Both the position numbers and the translations under genes were made by a program. From a virus (taxonomy: Duplodnaviria; Caudoviricetes), in IMG/VR virus record IMGVR_UViG_3300036762_000188: a stretch of DNA of 64,000 nucleotides. The stretch is one strand, 5' to 3'. Shown piece by piece: positions 63,604-64,000 of the stretch. The notes below the pieces were generated by a model. The model had not been told where the DNA came from. It saw nothing but the letters and a program-made list of their open reading frames with translations, and searched no databases. Position 1 is the stretch's first letter, and every line of letters begins with the position of its first letter.

Positions 63604-63652
63604 TGTATTTCCTTTGGGTTGTTTTTGGTAAAAAGCTTTACCGATGTATATT

Positions 63653-63659
63653 TATTTTA
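63653..63659 (-). promoter_or_regulatory. Class B promoter motif TAAAATA
   Basis: About 50 nt upstream of the HU start. Confidence 0.5.
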
Positions 63660-63689
63660 TACTAAAAAAATCTAAAGTAAACAGGAATT

Positions 63690-63959
63690 TTGATTGATAA
63701 GGGATTATTTATGGGCAAGAGCCTGATGATTATAGACTCCACCGGTTCTCGTATGGTAGCACTGGAGGATTTGGACACCGATTATTTAACCTTAGGCCAG
63801 GCTATGTATTCTGCTGCTGCCAGTATGCAGACTGATAAGCTCAACCTACCTAATTGGCCGCGATTCGCTTCTCCCGAGTATCTTACTCTGAAGGAAGAGA
63901 TCGTCGGCCTGACTGATGCACAGAAAGTTTTACATTGTATAGATTATCTACGGAGTTAA
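63690..63959 (+). CDS. Hypothetical protein (start may be ATG 63711)
   Basis: ORF followed by a further gene starting at 63961 that is cut by the window edge. Confidence 0.55.
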   Translation: MIDKGLFMGKSLMIIDSTGSRMVALEDLDTDYLTLGQAMYSAAASMQTDKLNLPNWPRFASPEYLTLKEEIVGLTDAQKVLHCIDYLRS

Positions 63960-64000
63960 TATGGAATTTAATTTAGAATATATCGAGTCGCTTGTAGAAT

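Noticed and set aside
1-64000. Alternative genetic code (TAG recoding), given the TAG-rich sequence
   Set aside because: Conserved genes are full length under the standard code, and several end properly at TAG.

Overview
This window is part of a tailed, contractile-tail (myovirus-type) bacteriophage genome; no host chromosome is recognisable. Plus-strand blocks carry early/replication functions: class Ia ribonucleotide reductase, SNF2-type helicase, T7 gp2.5-like SSB, Cas4/RecB-like nuclease, RNase H, primase-helicase, DEDDh exonuclease, ATP-dependent ligase, a split family-A DNA polymerase, and KilA-N and P22-antirepressor-like proteins. Minus-strand blocks carry late/virion genes: portal, prohead protease, scaffold-like and internal head proteins, major capsid, neck, sheath, tube, spike, PAAR, holin and HU. 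Main findings: (1) a complete ubiquitin-like conjugation operon at 4014-8535, with a head-to-tail polyubiquitin-like precursor (5 beta-grasp-like units, GTKG ends), two orphan ORFs, E2, JAB peptidase and E1; (2) a phage multisubunit RNA polymerase (beta fused to beta'-N, plus a separate beta'-C) embedded among head genes, together with a sigma70-like factor and two distinct promoter motifs; (3) a pervasive K-x-A motif in head proteins and the RNAP that looks like a maturation-protease site; (4) a 353-bp palindromic, iteron-bearing element present twice (candidate origin). All protein assignments come from manual motif recognition, not database searches.
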